Of a DNA stretch of 64,000 nucleotides, positions 33,024-43,519 are shown in pieces. Origin of the DNA: Paramoeba atlantica. Its lineage: Eukaryota > Protista > Discosea. Position 1 is the stretch's first letter, and each line of letters opens with the position of its first letter. The position numbers and the translations under genes were made by a program. Where the stretch lies: positions 124,001 to 188,000 of the forward strand of contig CDRNVI010000016.1 of the NCBI GenBank assembly GCA_977017575.1. The letters are read 5' to 3'. Below the pieces are notes generated by a model. The model had not been told where the DNA came from. It did no database searches and was given only the letters and a program-made list of their open reading frames with translations.

Positions 33024-33283
33024 TTCGAAAGAAATTTATGGAAGAATAGTATTGCGCGTAAGCCTGAAAGACTACTGAAGCACGTTTTTCTTGTAGAATA
33101 AATTACCCATAAAGTAAAACACCCAGGCTGTTTACAGATTGAAAAACACATTGACAAAAATGGTTGGTGCACAAAACGATTTAAGTAATGCATTGAAGAA
33201 AAACATTTGAGAAGACCAAATCTTGTTTGAACTCGAAAGAAAGTATTCATAAGTCAGACTTTTCTTACATTTCGTTAAACTGT

Positions 33284-35140
33284 ATGTCTTTCTCGAATGT
33301 TGTACGATTGAACGAGTTGTCGGACTATATTGCGCCAAGCCAGGTATGCATTCTACCTCTGCAGAATACTGCTGCTTCTTCGCCCATTTCTGATGACCCG
33401 AAGGATGCAGACTTGAGCTCTGGTTTGGTGCATATGCATCGTAAATCAGCGACGGGGATTGGTGCACAAGAAATCAAGGAAAGTCGAGCGCGAATTACAC
33501 TCGCTGACTGCTTAGCGTGCAGTGGATGTGTCACAACTGCAGAAGAAATTCTGATCACGCAGCAAAGTACACAAGAGGTGGACACTGTTCTTTCACAATT
33601 TAAACAGGACATACTTTTAAGAACCGAGCTCGAAGGGACTAGTCCAGAAAGAAATCGGTTTTCTCATCGCATAACGGTAGTGTCTATTTCGCCGCAGACT
33701 GTGGCGAGCCTATGCGCTTTTTACCAAGATGTTCAGCCTTGTGACACATTTTCCAAACTTTATTACTTCCTTACTCGCATCATCGGAATCGATTTTGTGT
33801 GCTCCACAGACTTCGCACAGAAAATTGGACGCTTGCTGACCATGATCGAATATACGCAGCGCTTGCGGAGTAACTCCCCAAATCAGAGTGCGCTTCCGCT
33901 ACTGGTGAGCTCTTGTCCTGGGTTTGTTTGCTACATTGAGAAAAAGCATCCCGAACTGCTTCCTTTTCTCTCTCGAATTATGTCCCCTCAGGGGATTACG
34001 GGAAAACTGCTCGAAGCGTATTTTAAAACCGAATCACGAACGGGTGGTTCTCACCCTTCCTACTACCATGTCTCTCTGCAGCCCTGTTTCGATCGTAAAT
34101 TGGAAGCCGCACGTCCCGAATTATCCGAATCTACTCATTGTGTTATTGCCACATCTGAGATTCTGGATTGGATACAACAAAAAGATATCGATTGGCACAA
34201 TCTCCCTGTAAGCGCAATTTTTGATCATGACAACCCTTTGATAGAAAAAGTGGAAGAAGGAGGCGGCAAACATATTCGGGGTTCACTCCTTGCCTTTTCA
34301 TTCGACCTACCGATGGATTTCCGTCAATATTTTCCAAGAAGCAATGACAGCGATGCGACTAGGCATTGGCTTCCACCACCCCCTATACCTTCTCTCCCAT
34401 CGACGACAGATCCCAACGAATCTTTAGACAATTCCTTGAACATAAAAATGGAAGGCAGCGGAGCGTACCACAAAGATGCTCTTTTTCTTCAAGTTTTTAA
34501 GAAAAATTCAGACATTTCTTTAAACGATTCAAAGATGAGGTACCGTACCCGACGTAATGTGCATCACGCGGAGGCTTACCTTGACTCATCGCCGGATCTC
34601 TTCACGACTGTCATGTATGGATTTCAGCACATTCAAAACGTAACGCGTACGATTCGAAATGAACAGCGTCGAGTCTCATCCACATCCCGATCTCGAGATG
34701 TTCTACCGGATGTGATGCGGCGCTATTCGAGCTTTATCGAAATCATGGCCTGTCCGGGTGGGTGTGTCCATGGAGGGGCGCAGGCACCACAGGAATCCCT
34801 TTCATCCGGGAACATATCCCAAATTGCAGATGTTACAACATCTCAAACGGTAGAACAACTTTATTGTATTTGGGAGAAACAAAATGAGACGTTAGATCAA
34901 AGTTGTGACGCGGTGAGTCTGTACGATGTCTTATTGCGCGGTGAGGTTTTATCCAGGCGAGTTACGAATCGAAAAGATAAGAGCAGTACGGAGTTCTTGA
35001 CAGGGGACGAATTGCGGAGCTTCTGTTCGTATTTTTCGACCAATCTCACGAGCCGAGCGATGGCACAGGAGACCGACGGTGTAACAGAAAAACAACGGCT
35101 AGATAAGATGCCTCCAGGAGCACACACATTAAGCTGGTGA
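33284..35140 (+). CDS. NAR1: cytosolic Fe-S cluster assembly factor NAR1/NARFL (iron-only hydrogenase-like)
   Basis: RITLADCLACSGCVTTAE, SSCPGFVCYIEK, QPCFDRKLEA and EIMACPGGC. Confidence 0.93.
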   Translation: MSFSNVVRLNELSDYIAPSQVCILPLQNTAASSPISDDPKDADLSSGLVHMHRKSATGIGAQEIKESRARITLADCLACSGCVTTAEEILITQQSTQEVDTVLSQFKQDILLRTELEGTSPERNRFSHRITVVSISPQTVASLCAFYQDVQPCDTFSKLYYFLTRIIGIDFVCSTDFAQKIGRLLTMIEYTQRLRSNSPNQSALPLLVSSCPGFVCYIEKKHPELLPFLSRIMSPQGITGKLLEAYFKTESRTGGSHPSYYHVSLQPCFDRKLEAARPELSESTHCVIATSEILDWIQQKDIDWHNLPVSAIFDHDNPLIEKVEEGGGKHIRGSLLAFSFDLPMDFRQYFPRSNDSDATRHWLPPPPIPSLPSTTDPNESLDNSLNIKMEGSGAYHKDALFLQVFKKNSDISLNDSKMRYRTRRNVHHAEAYLDSSPDLFTTVMYGFQHIQNVTRTIRNEQRRVSSTSRSRDVLPDVMRRYSSFIEIMACPGGCVHGGAQAPQESLSSGNISQIADVTTSQTVEQLYCIWEKQNETLDQSCDAVSLYDVLLRGEVLSRRVTNRKDKSSTEFLTGDELRSFCSYFSTNLTSRAMAQETDGVTEKQRLDKMPPGAHTLSW

Positions 35141-35287
35141 AGATATTTTCTTTAAACACGAACGCATGTCCTTTTATGTAAATCCTAGTTTTCAAGTAAA
35201 TTAGTTTCAATTAAGGACATGCAACGATTGCCCACGTTTTGAATTTTATACAAAAAATAACTTTTCCTACACAAACGTTATTCTACT

Positions 35288-35857
35288 ATGCGGTCGGTTT
35301 GCCTGCACCTCGCCCGACGCAGCGGTGCCTTCCTCCCCTCGCTCCTCCTCCACCACCAGACCCCCACACTTCCGGATGGTTTCTCTTTTATCGATACCAA
35401 AGTGGAGGATAAAGGAATCACTTCTAGTTTTGAGAACCCGGAGGATATCACGCTTACGCTTACCCGTCAAGATGAGTGCATTGTACGACAGCAACCCGTA
35501 CGTGCGATTACGCTACAAACCAACACCGGAGCCCTGGGGGTGCGACCGGGACATGAGTACAAGATTGCTAAGCTCGTCCCCGGGGTGCTTGCGATTCAGC
35601 AAACAGAATCCAGCGCCCCGGAGTCGTATTTCACCTCCGGAGGTTTTGCACAAATCAACAGCGACGGACAGGTAGATGTGAATACCGTGGAGTGCGTCCG
35701 ACTCAGTGATGTCGAGAGCACATATGTGGATACGGAACTCAGTAAAGCCAACGAGGCCTCACGCTCCGCAAAGTCTGAAAAGGAAAAGGCTCTAGCGGAT
35801 GTGTCCGTGGGGATTCTGGAGGCGTTGCAAACCGCACTGAAGGAAAACCAGGCGTAA
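35288..35857 (+). CDS. ATP5F1D: mitochondrial F1-ATP synthase delta subunit, kinetoplastid-type
   Basis: GALGVRPGH and YFTSGGFAQIN...DVNTVEC; the N-terminal LPDGFSF...LTLTRQDE resembles the trypanosome subunit. Confidence 0.92.
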   Translation: MRSVCLHLARRSGAFLPSLLLHHQTPTLPDGFSFIDTKVEDKGITSSFENPEDITLTLTRQDECIVRQQPVRAITLQTNTGALGVRPGHEYKIAKLVPGVLAIQQTESSAPESYFTSGGFAQINSDGQVDVNTVECVRLSDVESTYVDTELSKANEASRSAKSEKEKALADVSVGILEALQTALKENQA

Positions 35858-36206
35858 ATAGTGAGTGTTATCAATTGAGAAATATTTGGTTTTGCATTGA
35901 GTTGTCATTTTTTGATCCCCTAGTTCTTATCTTTTGTACGTGTGTGCTCACTATCACCCCCGAGTTCAGTTAAAAACAACAGTCTAAATAGGAGATACAC
36001 GTCAATGGCATGTAAAACTTTGCATTTAAATGGTTTATTGGTGATAACGTGAAAATATTAAAATTTTCGACGTTGCAGGCATTGCTCAGCTTATATTTCC
36101 AAATACTAAATTATTTATGAAAATTAAAATTGGTGCGAAAAATGGAGCTGTGAAATCAGGTACCTCAAAATAACAAGTAGCGCCCATTCTTAGAAATGAG
36201 AACGAG

Positions 36207-39200
36207 ATGAACCACGTGTCAAATATACGTTTCAATGCGTCAAGTCTCGGTAGTACGACTAGTATTTCCCAATTAGGCAGTTTAACCACGAAGGACGCAT
36301 CGGTGAGCGGAACAGCACTTCATGTCCTGGAATGCGCAAGACGTAGCGGTGTGCATGTGGATAAGAAAATGTATAACGCCTTTCTGAATGCGTTATCACG
36401 CAAAACAGTAAAGAAACACACAAGCACGCTACCACGCCGTACCCAAGCCTCTTCTTTTTCGCTTAAACTTCCACCCGATGCCGCAAAGGAGAAAGCGAGC
36501 ATCCCATCCCTAGGATCGTGGCACACGTCAGAGAGCGTATCGGAGCACACAGCTATAACAAGGGAATCTTCACGGGTAACACCGAGCCGTGTGCCTTCCC
36601 TGGGTGAGGGGCCAAGTCCCCCTCCGCAGCGAACCAAGACCCCACCGCGAAAACCTCAGACCCTATCGGTTCCTCCATTAGGCGAGGGACCGCACGTTAC
36701 TGTTCTAAGCGTAGCCCACAGTAGAGAGAAAGAAAAAACAACAATGCATTTAGCAGCGGGAGTAGATAAAAGAATGCACTCTCTTCACTCGTTTATGAAC
36801 CACAAGGGCCAGTGGAAAAGTCTGGAATTAGACTTGCCATTGAGAAGACCCCCGACTTCGTCCTCAGCTACTGTAAAAGTACAAGCAGCAAATAGTAATC
36901 AGCAAGCGATGGGGGACCAGAAGCTTCAAACCGCTGCTCCCTCAGCGGAACTTGTGGCTTCCAAATCGGGCGTTTTGAGTTTAGAGCCCTTTAGTAGCCC
37001 GAAGAAAGCTTCAGATAAATTGCCTTCCTCAACACGTAAGAAGGCGCTTATAGGAGGACCCGATAAGAATATTCGCGTGGCACATCTGATGGATGATCCA
37101 TCTCTGTACAAGAAGGAACAACCCGAGCGAGCGCCTGTCACCGGAAGCGATGAGCTAGCAAGTAAATTGGCGAATATTTCAGAGGAATGGAAGAGAAGAC
37201 AAGACGAGGAAGCGAAACGTCAAGCTGAGGTGTTGGAGCAACGACAAAAGATGGCGGAAGCGATGGAATATAAACGGAAACTATCCCTGAAAAATGAAAA
37301 CTGGGTGAAGCGCAGAGGCCTGGCAACAAAGGTCAAGGTAAAAGGGCTTACGGGAGATTTACGTGATGTGGTGTGTGGACCACTGGAGGGAACGGCTCTA
37401 AAAACCTATCAAAGACTCCGAGCTTCGCGCGATGTTTCTGCCGATTGCTATCGCATGTTGTGTTGCCGGTTGAACCGCCCGAAACATCTTGACATGCTGG
37501 CGGACGTTCTTCAAGAAATGGAAGGTTCTGCTTCGAGTGAAATCAACAAGATTGCTCTACGTTTTAGAGCTGGAATCAGCCTCCGTATTGCAACGTTGGA
37601 TCGACTGCTACAATTTGTCGATAAAATGGAGAAGTTGAAGCTTTCCCCGTCGAAAAACATCTTGCGTGTACTCATGCGACTCTACGTCACAGACAACCCT
37701 GTCTCTGGGTGGCAGAAGGCGGTTGAAGTCTATAGCAAGTACAAACCACTGATGCGAGATCCGTTGTGTAGTATGGAGTTGTACCTTCTTCAGGCAATGT
37801 CCATTTCGATTCGAGGAGCCCAACATCAGACCAGGAAGTCAGTCATTTTATCCCTGCATGACCTGTTAAAAACCAAAATGAATGAGATAGGTAAGCTCCA
37901 TCACGTTGCCCTTATTCGTGCCTACGGCAGTGTAAGAGATAGTGGTGCTGCGCATTCCATATTAAACCGATACAAAGATATAGGCGAGGTCGATCAGACG
38001 ATGTACACCGCCCTTCTTCCCTCCTGTGATGCAGATGCAATAAAAGAAATTACTTCCAAGCTCTTCAGCGAGCCACATCCCGTGGAATCCAACCTGGTTG
38101 CCTCCTCCATGATGAGCATGACGGCACGACAATATCCAGATGAGGCATGGAAGATTTATCGCCAGGCATGTTCGCATAATGAAGTCCCTATGCACGGAGC
38201 TTATCTAGGACACGCTCTCGTGCGAAGTTTGCAAGGCGCAGGCATCACAAAAGAAAATATTCTGGAGACGCACAAAGTGCTTATTCGAGACGGCTTTTAT
38301 TCTCATTTGAATCTCACACACATGCTGCAACTACTGAACCAATTTCAACTCTATGCCGAGTCTCTGGATGCCGTCAAGCATACTCCTCGAATTTATTGGG
38401 AAGCAGCAAATTCACAAGCTCTTGAGGCCTACATGGAAGCTCAGAAGAAATCAAGAGGACACATTGATAGCGATATACCGGTTAAGAAAGAGGCCCTACC
38501 GACTGAGAGTGATGCATCCCCCTACTCTGAGAAAGAATTACTTTCTATCGAGCCTTCTAAAACCGAAGATTTGGTAACAGATGACTCCACACAACTTGCA
38601 AGCGAACAAAAGGAGAAAATTCACAGCTATGAACAAAGCCTGATCGAATGCGCGAAGTCTCGAAATTGGATTCAGGCGCTTGATCTTCTTGAGAACCTCA
38701 AGGAGACAAACACAGTTTTAACCGGCCATCACTACAATTGTGCCATCTCTGCGGCCACCACCAATATCGAAATTGTGGACCATCTCCACAAAATCATGAA
38801 ATCGCGCAATATCCCCATGAACGCAACCACCACAAACACGATTATCAACTCTCGCTTACGGGTGCAACTCTGGGAGGAGGCGCTGGTGTCGTTTGAGCAC
38901 TCCCCGGTCCATCTCCGGGACGTCAGCACGTACTCCATGGCGCTGAATGCGATCTCCCACTCCGACTCGATCTGGTGCGCCGCCATCCACGTGCTACGCG
39001 AGATGGCAAAACACAATGTGCGTCCCACAACGGTTTCTTACTCCATGGCGCTGAATTCGGTTCACTCACACAGCTGGACGGCCGCGCTTGCGATCGTGCA
39101 GTCCATGTCGAGTTCTAAAGGGGTGGAGCTTCGGCCGGCTGTGTTGAGTAAGCTGACGAAGTCGCTGGAAGCCCATGACAAAGGGGAGCTGATTCCACAG

Positions 39201-39248
39201 GTGACAAAGTGGCTCGTAAAAGGGGGTGGTAAAAAGGGAAATAAGTAG
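36207..39248 (+). CDS. pentatricopeptide repeat (PPR) protein
   Basis: Repeated 35-aa-like units (MYNAFLNAL, HVALIRAY, MYTALL, HYNCAISA, TTNTIINS, TYSMALNA, SYSMALNS). Confidence 0.82.
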   Translation: MNHVSNIRFNASSLGSTTSISQLGSLTTKDASVSGTALHVLECARRSGVHVDKKMYNAFLNALSRKTVKKHTSTLPRRTQASSFSLKLPPDAAKEKASIPSLGSWHTSESVSEHTAITRESSRVTPSRVPSLGEGPSPPPQRTKTPPRKPQTLSVPPLGEGPHVTVLSVAHSREKEKTTMHLAAGVDKRMHSLHSFMNHKGQWKSLELDLPLRRPPTSSSATVKVQAANSNQQAMGDQKLQTAAPSAELVASKSGVLSLEPFSSPKKASDKLPSSTRKKALIGGPDKNIRVAHLMDDPSLYKKEQPERAPVTGSDELASKLANISEEWKRRQDEEAKRQAEVLEQRQKMAEAMEYKRKLSLKNENWVKRRGLATKVKVKGLTGDLRDVVCGPLEGTALKTYQRLRASRDVSADCYRMLCCRLNRPKHLDMLADVLQEMEGSASSEINKIALRFRAGISLRIATLDRLLQFVDKMEKLKLSPSKNILRVLMRLYVTDNPVSGWQKAVEVYSKYKPLMRDPLCSMELYLLQAMSISIRGAQHQTRKSVILSLHDLLKTKMNEIGKLHHVALIRAYGSVRDSGAAHSILNRYKDIGEVDQTMYTALLPSCDADAIKEITSKLFSEPHPVESNLVASSMMSMTARQYPDEAWKIYRQACSHNEVPMHGAYLGHALVRSLQGAGITKENILETHKVLIRDGFYSHLNLTHMLQLLNQFQLYAESLDAVKHTPRIYWEAANSQALEAYMEAQKKSRGHIDSDIPVKKEALPTESDASPYSEKELLSIEPSKTEDLVTDDSTQLASEQKEKIHSYEQSLIECAKSRNWIQALDLLENLKETNTVLTGHHYNCAISAATTNIEIVDHLHKIMKSRNIPMNATTTNTIINSRLRVQLWEEALVSFEHSPVHLRDVSTYSMALNAISHSDSIWCAAIHVLREMAKHNVRPTTVSYSMALNSVHSHSWTAALAIVQSMSSSKGVELRPAVLSKLTKSLEAHDKGELIPQVTKWLVKGGGKKGNK

Positions 39249-39620
39249 AGAGAATTTCACACCAGGTGAACGGATGGCATCGATGGGGTTTACGACCAAA
39301 GTTTCTGCCTGGTGGCATGCAGAAAAGGAGCTCGAAACGCAGAACAAGGCTTAACAGATGATCTTGCTTTTGGTTGATGGATTGCGTTTTCGGAAGGTGT
39401 TGTATACACCTTGTATAGTGTCGTAGTTTGTACCATAGTTTGTCTGTTGTATAGTGCCGTAGTTTGTACCATTTTTGACGTTAGCACATGCTAGGACATG
39501 TCAGACGACTTAGTTTGTGATTTATCCTTCGCCACTTCTTATGCTTGCCAGCACATTCATGTAGTGTCGTCATTCTTTTTTTTTGAATAGCATTTGTGCT
39601 ATACCTATTTTAAAGGACGA

Positions 39621-42272
39621 ATGACGAGTTTCAATATGATGAATGCGCAGTATGAAGCAATTAGTGGCATTTCAACGGACAACTTGGCACCGTACGCCCA
39701 CGCTCAAACTTCATCACTTTTTCCGTCTCGGAATGAATCTCTTACTGAGCGCGTATTGAGTCGGGGAAGGCAGTGTCTAACTTCCGGGGATCTTACGGCC
39801 GGAGAGGACATGGTTCGAGAATTCCTTCAAATACCCGATTTTGCCGCATCAGAAGCTGTGGCTCGTCTGCACGCCTGCGTTTTGTGGTCCAAAGGACGAA
39901 AAGATGAGGCGCTTCGCAGGCTCAATGGGGCACTGCAACTTTACCCTCATTCCTTACCCTTATTGCTGCAGGATGCTTCTCTCAGTATCGACAGTGGTTT
40001 GTTACACCGAGCATGGAGTCGCTACGTCACTGCTGTAGAACACTACAAGCCGTACTCTCGTGAAGCGATCATAGGCCTCTCACTCATCTGTTTTATGCGA
40101 AACGAGCTGCCTAGCTGCTTAGAAATACTCAATCACCTCGAGGTACCGGAGGAAGAGAAAGTTCTTTTCGAGGCATTTCGCCATATAGTACACCGGCTCT
40201 TGGATCCGACATCACACTCGGTTCTTGACCTGTCGCGCGTTTCCAACTATTTAAAAAACATAAACAGTAATTCTTTGTTGCTCTCGTGGTACTTGTGTGA
40301 AGCTTGCCTAGTAGCGGGGACGCACGCGATACCGTTCATTCAGGAGTGGATGCTGAGTATGGAACCCAACACGGAGGCTCTTGCGTATGTAGAGTACACC
40401 CTAGGCCGAATGTATCACCAAGCAGGACAATATGCTCTTGCTGAGGCGCACTATGGCAAAAGTCTGCATCTCCACAGTGATATTCCGTGTCCTGCGGCAT
40501 GGGGGGCCTCGGTCACTGGCTTTCTAACCTCTACCGAAACGAATCTTCCCCTGGAGTTGCTTCGAAAACATTTCTCACTCGATGCGGGAAAGACACTTGC
40601 GGCGATTTATTCGCAACAAGATGTACGGAGCGGTCGAGAAATTACTAAGGGGTTGACCCATCGAACTGGAAAATCAGACCCCGAAAGCTGGGCACTTCGT
40701 GGAATGTGTGAAAAAGAGAATGCCGTCGCATCATTGCAGTCTTTTTCAATAGCGAAAAGTCTGTGTCAGGAACCGAACGAAGTGTTGGGTATGATACTAT
40801 TGAACATGTGCGCATTGCATTTGGAACAGGGACACGTGCAAGAAGCTCGTGCGTGCCAGGAGGAATATTCAACTACAAAGCACTCTGACGACAGTTCGAA
40901 ATCCGTGCGCCACGAGGAAGATTTTATAGCTGCCTTCAACGCGGCAGCGCTGTTAGTAAGACAACAGTTGTGGACCGAAGCAAGAGACGCTTTTGAGAAT
41001 CTATGCGCGAAGGTGGTCTCTTTAGAAGTTCTCATTTGCCTGGCGATATGCGAAAAACAAAACAACAATGAGGATCGCTGTAAGTCCTTATGTCGTTTAG
41101 TTCTCGAGCTCGACCCACGTCACACACTTGCGAAAGTAGTACTATGTTCGTTGCACACATTTTCAGGCCCACCCGTTGAGTTTGGCGACCACAAGGACAA
41201 GGTCGGCCATAGCCTTCTATGCCTTATGGAGGGAAACGCCTACTTTGAAGCGCTCCTAAAGCGAGAATCATCCTCTTCCGATGATATCCCCACAGACTAC
41301 CCCCTTCGCACCCTTTCCTGCTTTCGAAAAGCCCTGCAGCTCCATCCCACCTGTCTGGCAGCTCAGCACAACACGGCGTGTGTCTTGGCGCTCTGCGGCG
41401 AGTTGAGTAGTGCCCGTATTTTACTCGAGCTGCTCCTCGCGATGCATGCCTCCCCGGAGGCCGACCGACTGATTTCTCGAAATCTCTGCACGCTCCATCA
41501 CGTCGATGGACATCTCCATCTCGCGACCTCAGGGTATGAGGAGGAGCTCGCGAGGATGTGCGCTTCAAGTGAACATGACTCCAATGGAGCGGCAAGTCCG
41601 TATCTCCATATTGGTTTCACCCTTGCGAGTTTATTCGTACAACAAAATCGACTCCGGGAGGCTCGGCAAACGCTTCAGAAAATTTGTGAAAAAATACCCG
41701 ACGGGACCGAGAACGTCACTGCGACATTTCAGCTCGCGGCAGTTCGTATCGCGGAGGTCGCAAACGTTGTGGCCTCTGGGTCGCGTTCCGCGGCACGACC
41801 CCCCGAACACTGGAAAGGGCTTTCACGAAAATTAGCCCATGTCAAGCGTACACTGCTGGATTTGTTACAAGCGAACAAGCAGCGGCCGACGCTCCCCGAC
41901 TTAAATTTTCCTCAGCAAGCCATCGAACGCTGTCTGGTGATTACGAAAAAACTGGCAGAAGTGGTCGCGCGGCATGTGGTGAAAGTTCAAAAGTCGCATG
42001 TCAGGGAGCAGGCCTCCCGGGATCGGTTTAAGGAATTATACGAGCGCTCGCTGACCCAACACGGGAGTGAGAAAGCCAATGAGAGTGAGAAGGAGAGACA
42101 GCAGAGGGAGGTGTGGCAACAGCGCGCGAAAGAGCTCCAAGGTAAGCTCGCCGGGGGACTCTCGTCACAATACGGTTTTGAGATTCAACCTGAAAGGGGA
42201 TACGCAGACGTGGGAGAAAGTCAAGATCCGGTAGGCTCGAGCGAGATGTTGGAGATTGACGATAATCCGTGA
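39621..42272 (+). CDS. TPR-repeat protein, CTR9-like (PAF1 complex)
   Basis: Multiple TPR-like helical pairs; KALQLHPTCLAAQHNTACVLA resembles CTR9; C-terminal coiled coil. The CTR9 assignment is moderate. Confidence 0.7.
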   Translation: MTSFNMMNAQYEAISGISTDNLAPYAHAQTSSLFPSRNESLTERVLSRGRQCLTSGDLTAGEDMVREFLQIPDFAASEAVARLHACVLWSKGRKDEALRRLNGALQLYPHSLPLLLQDASLSIDSGLLHRAWSRYVTAVEHYKPYSREAIIGLSLICFMRNELPSCLEILNHLEVPEEEKVLFEAFRHIVHRLLDPTSHSVLDLSRVSNYLKNINSNSLLLSWYLCEACLVAGTHAIPFIQEWMLSMEPNTEALAYVEYTLGRMYHQAGQYALAEAHYGKSLHLHSDIPCPAAWGASVTGFLTSTETNLPLELLRKHFSLDAGKTLAAIYSQQDVRSGREITKGLTHRTGKSDPESWALRGMCEKENAVASLQSFSIAKSLCQEPNEVLGMILLNMCALHLEQGHVQEARACQEEYSTTKHSDDSSKSVRHEEDFIAAFNAAALLVRQQLWTEARDAFENLCAKVVSLEVLICLAICEKQNNNEDRCKSLCRLVLELDPRHTLAKVVLCSLHTFSGPPVEFGDHKDKVGHSLLCLMEGNAYFEALLKRESSSSDDIPTDYPLRTLSCFRKALQLHPTCLAAQHNTACVLALCGELSSARILLELLLAMHASPEADRLISRNLCTLHHVDGHLHLATSGYEEELARMCASSEHDSNGAASPYLHIGFTLASLFVQQNRLREARQTLQKICEKIPDGTENVTATFQLAAVRIAEVANVVASGSRSAARPPEHWKGLSRKLAHVKRTLLDLLQANKQRPTLPDLNFPQQAIERCLVITKKLAEVVARHVVKVQKSHVREQASRDRFKELYERSLTQHGSEKANESEKERQQREVWQQRAKELQGKLAGGLSSQYGFEIQPERGYADVGESQDPVGSSEMLEIDDNP

Positions 42273-42552
42273 GTGTACAGTTTTTGTAGGTACGATAAAG
42301 TAATGAGTTGGTCTGCGTGTAGTTTAGCATGCCGCACATCGTTGGTTTAATTTTTCATCATATCTGATATTTTGGTGCCTTCAACAAGCATTTGAAAGAT
42401 AGTTCATAAGTTTACTTGCCGCCTGTTTCATATTCAGCCGAGTATACGACTTATCACTTCACGATACAAATGCGTAGTAAAAGGAATTTAAGAGTTTTAG
42501 CCCAAATACTTTAACTGTAAAACATTACAATAGAATATTAGCATTTAATTCT

Positions 42553-43350
42553 ATGGGCTACAAAAGCAACAATGAAAAAACAAAGAACGGTCTACTGCCA
42601 AAGCAAATATACGATTTGTATCCTGTGTTTCATCCTATTATAGTGGAAGCCGCAAGCCTGATGAAATTTTCTTGGCATTGGCTATGTGAGAGAGTTGCCC
42701 CCCTGCCTCCCATTCAGCAGCACCACCAAGAAATCGCGCCGCTTCTTTTTGAACCCTTTGCCGCAGTAGTGATACATTTCAAGAGGGAGAAATGTGGACA
42801 ACAAGTTACAGCCGAATTCTTGGCGCATATTCCGTTTGAAATCTTACTTCCTCACCGAGGACTTTTGATAGTTCCTTGTGTTAGAAATTCTTTGCATGAA
42901 TTTATTCTATTTTTTACAGGACGTGGATTTGAATATGTGGAATACGTTTCTGTAGTTTGTCATACTACTCAAAACACTGAAGCTGCCGCGCAGGCAGAAC
43001 CTCCTAGTAATAAAGAGGAGGCTTCCGATTCCCCACAAAATTCTTTGTCAAGGGATACCACATGTATTTACGTTTTCTTCAAGAAATCCGTACCCTCACT
43101 AGCACTCCGGCAACAATGTCACTCAGATGTGCTAATTTATTCACCCAGAGAATACTCACATGTTGCGGACAGAAAATGTGAAGACATACAAAGAAAGACA
43201 AGTCTTGACCGATGTGGGGGAGTGACATCTGCTTTGTGCGGAATAATAGAAGATTTGCTTCCCGTGGGACGGCTTTTGGAAATAACATGTGGAGTGCCAA
43301 CCGTGAAAAATCGATGGGTCTCTCTATTAAGTCACTATCACGAGGACTAA
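42553..43350 (+). CDS. MT-A70 (METTL3/14/4) family methyltransferase-like protein with degenerate catalytic motif
   Basis: Ordered matches to the MT-A70 consensus: FAAVVIH (site of DPPW), LAHIPFEILLPHRGLLIV, GFEYVEYVSVV, TCIYVFFKK, RQQCHSDV, IIEDLLPVGRLLEI, RW. Confidence 0.55.
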   Translation: MGYKSNNEKTKNGLLPKQIYDLYPVFHPIIVEAASLMKFSWHWLCERVAPLPPIQQHHQEIAPLLFEPFAAVVIHFKREKCGQQVTAEFLAHIPFEILLPHRGLLIVPCVRNSLHEFILFFTGRGFEYVEYVSVVCHTTQNTEAAAQAEPPSNKEEASDSPQNSLSRDTTCIYVFFKKSVPSLALRQQCHSDVLIYSPREYSHVADRKCEDIQRKTSLDRCGGVTSALCGIIEDLLPVGRLLEITCGVPTVKNRWVSLLSHYHED

Positions 43351-43519
43351 ACCAAGATTCAGTTCTTGTTCCCAGAATTAACGTTCTTTTGCTTACCTTG
43401 TCTAGTATGTGGACGGTATTTTTTGAAGTATTCAATAGTTCTGTATCCTTTAATAGCCATTTGTTTCGTTTAAATTTTAGACCATGAGTCGCATTGGTAA
43501 ATCACATTAAATTTGGAGA

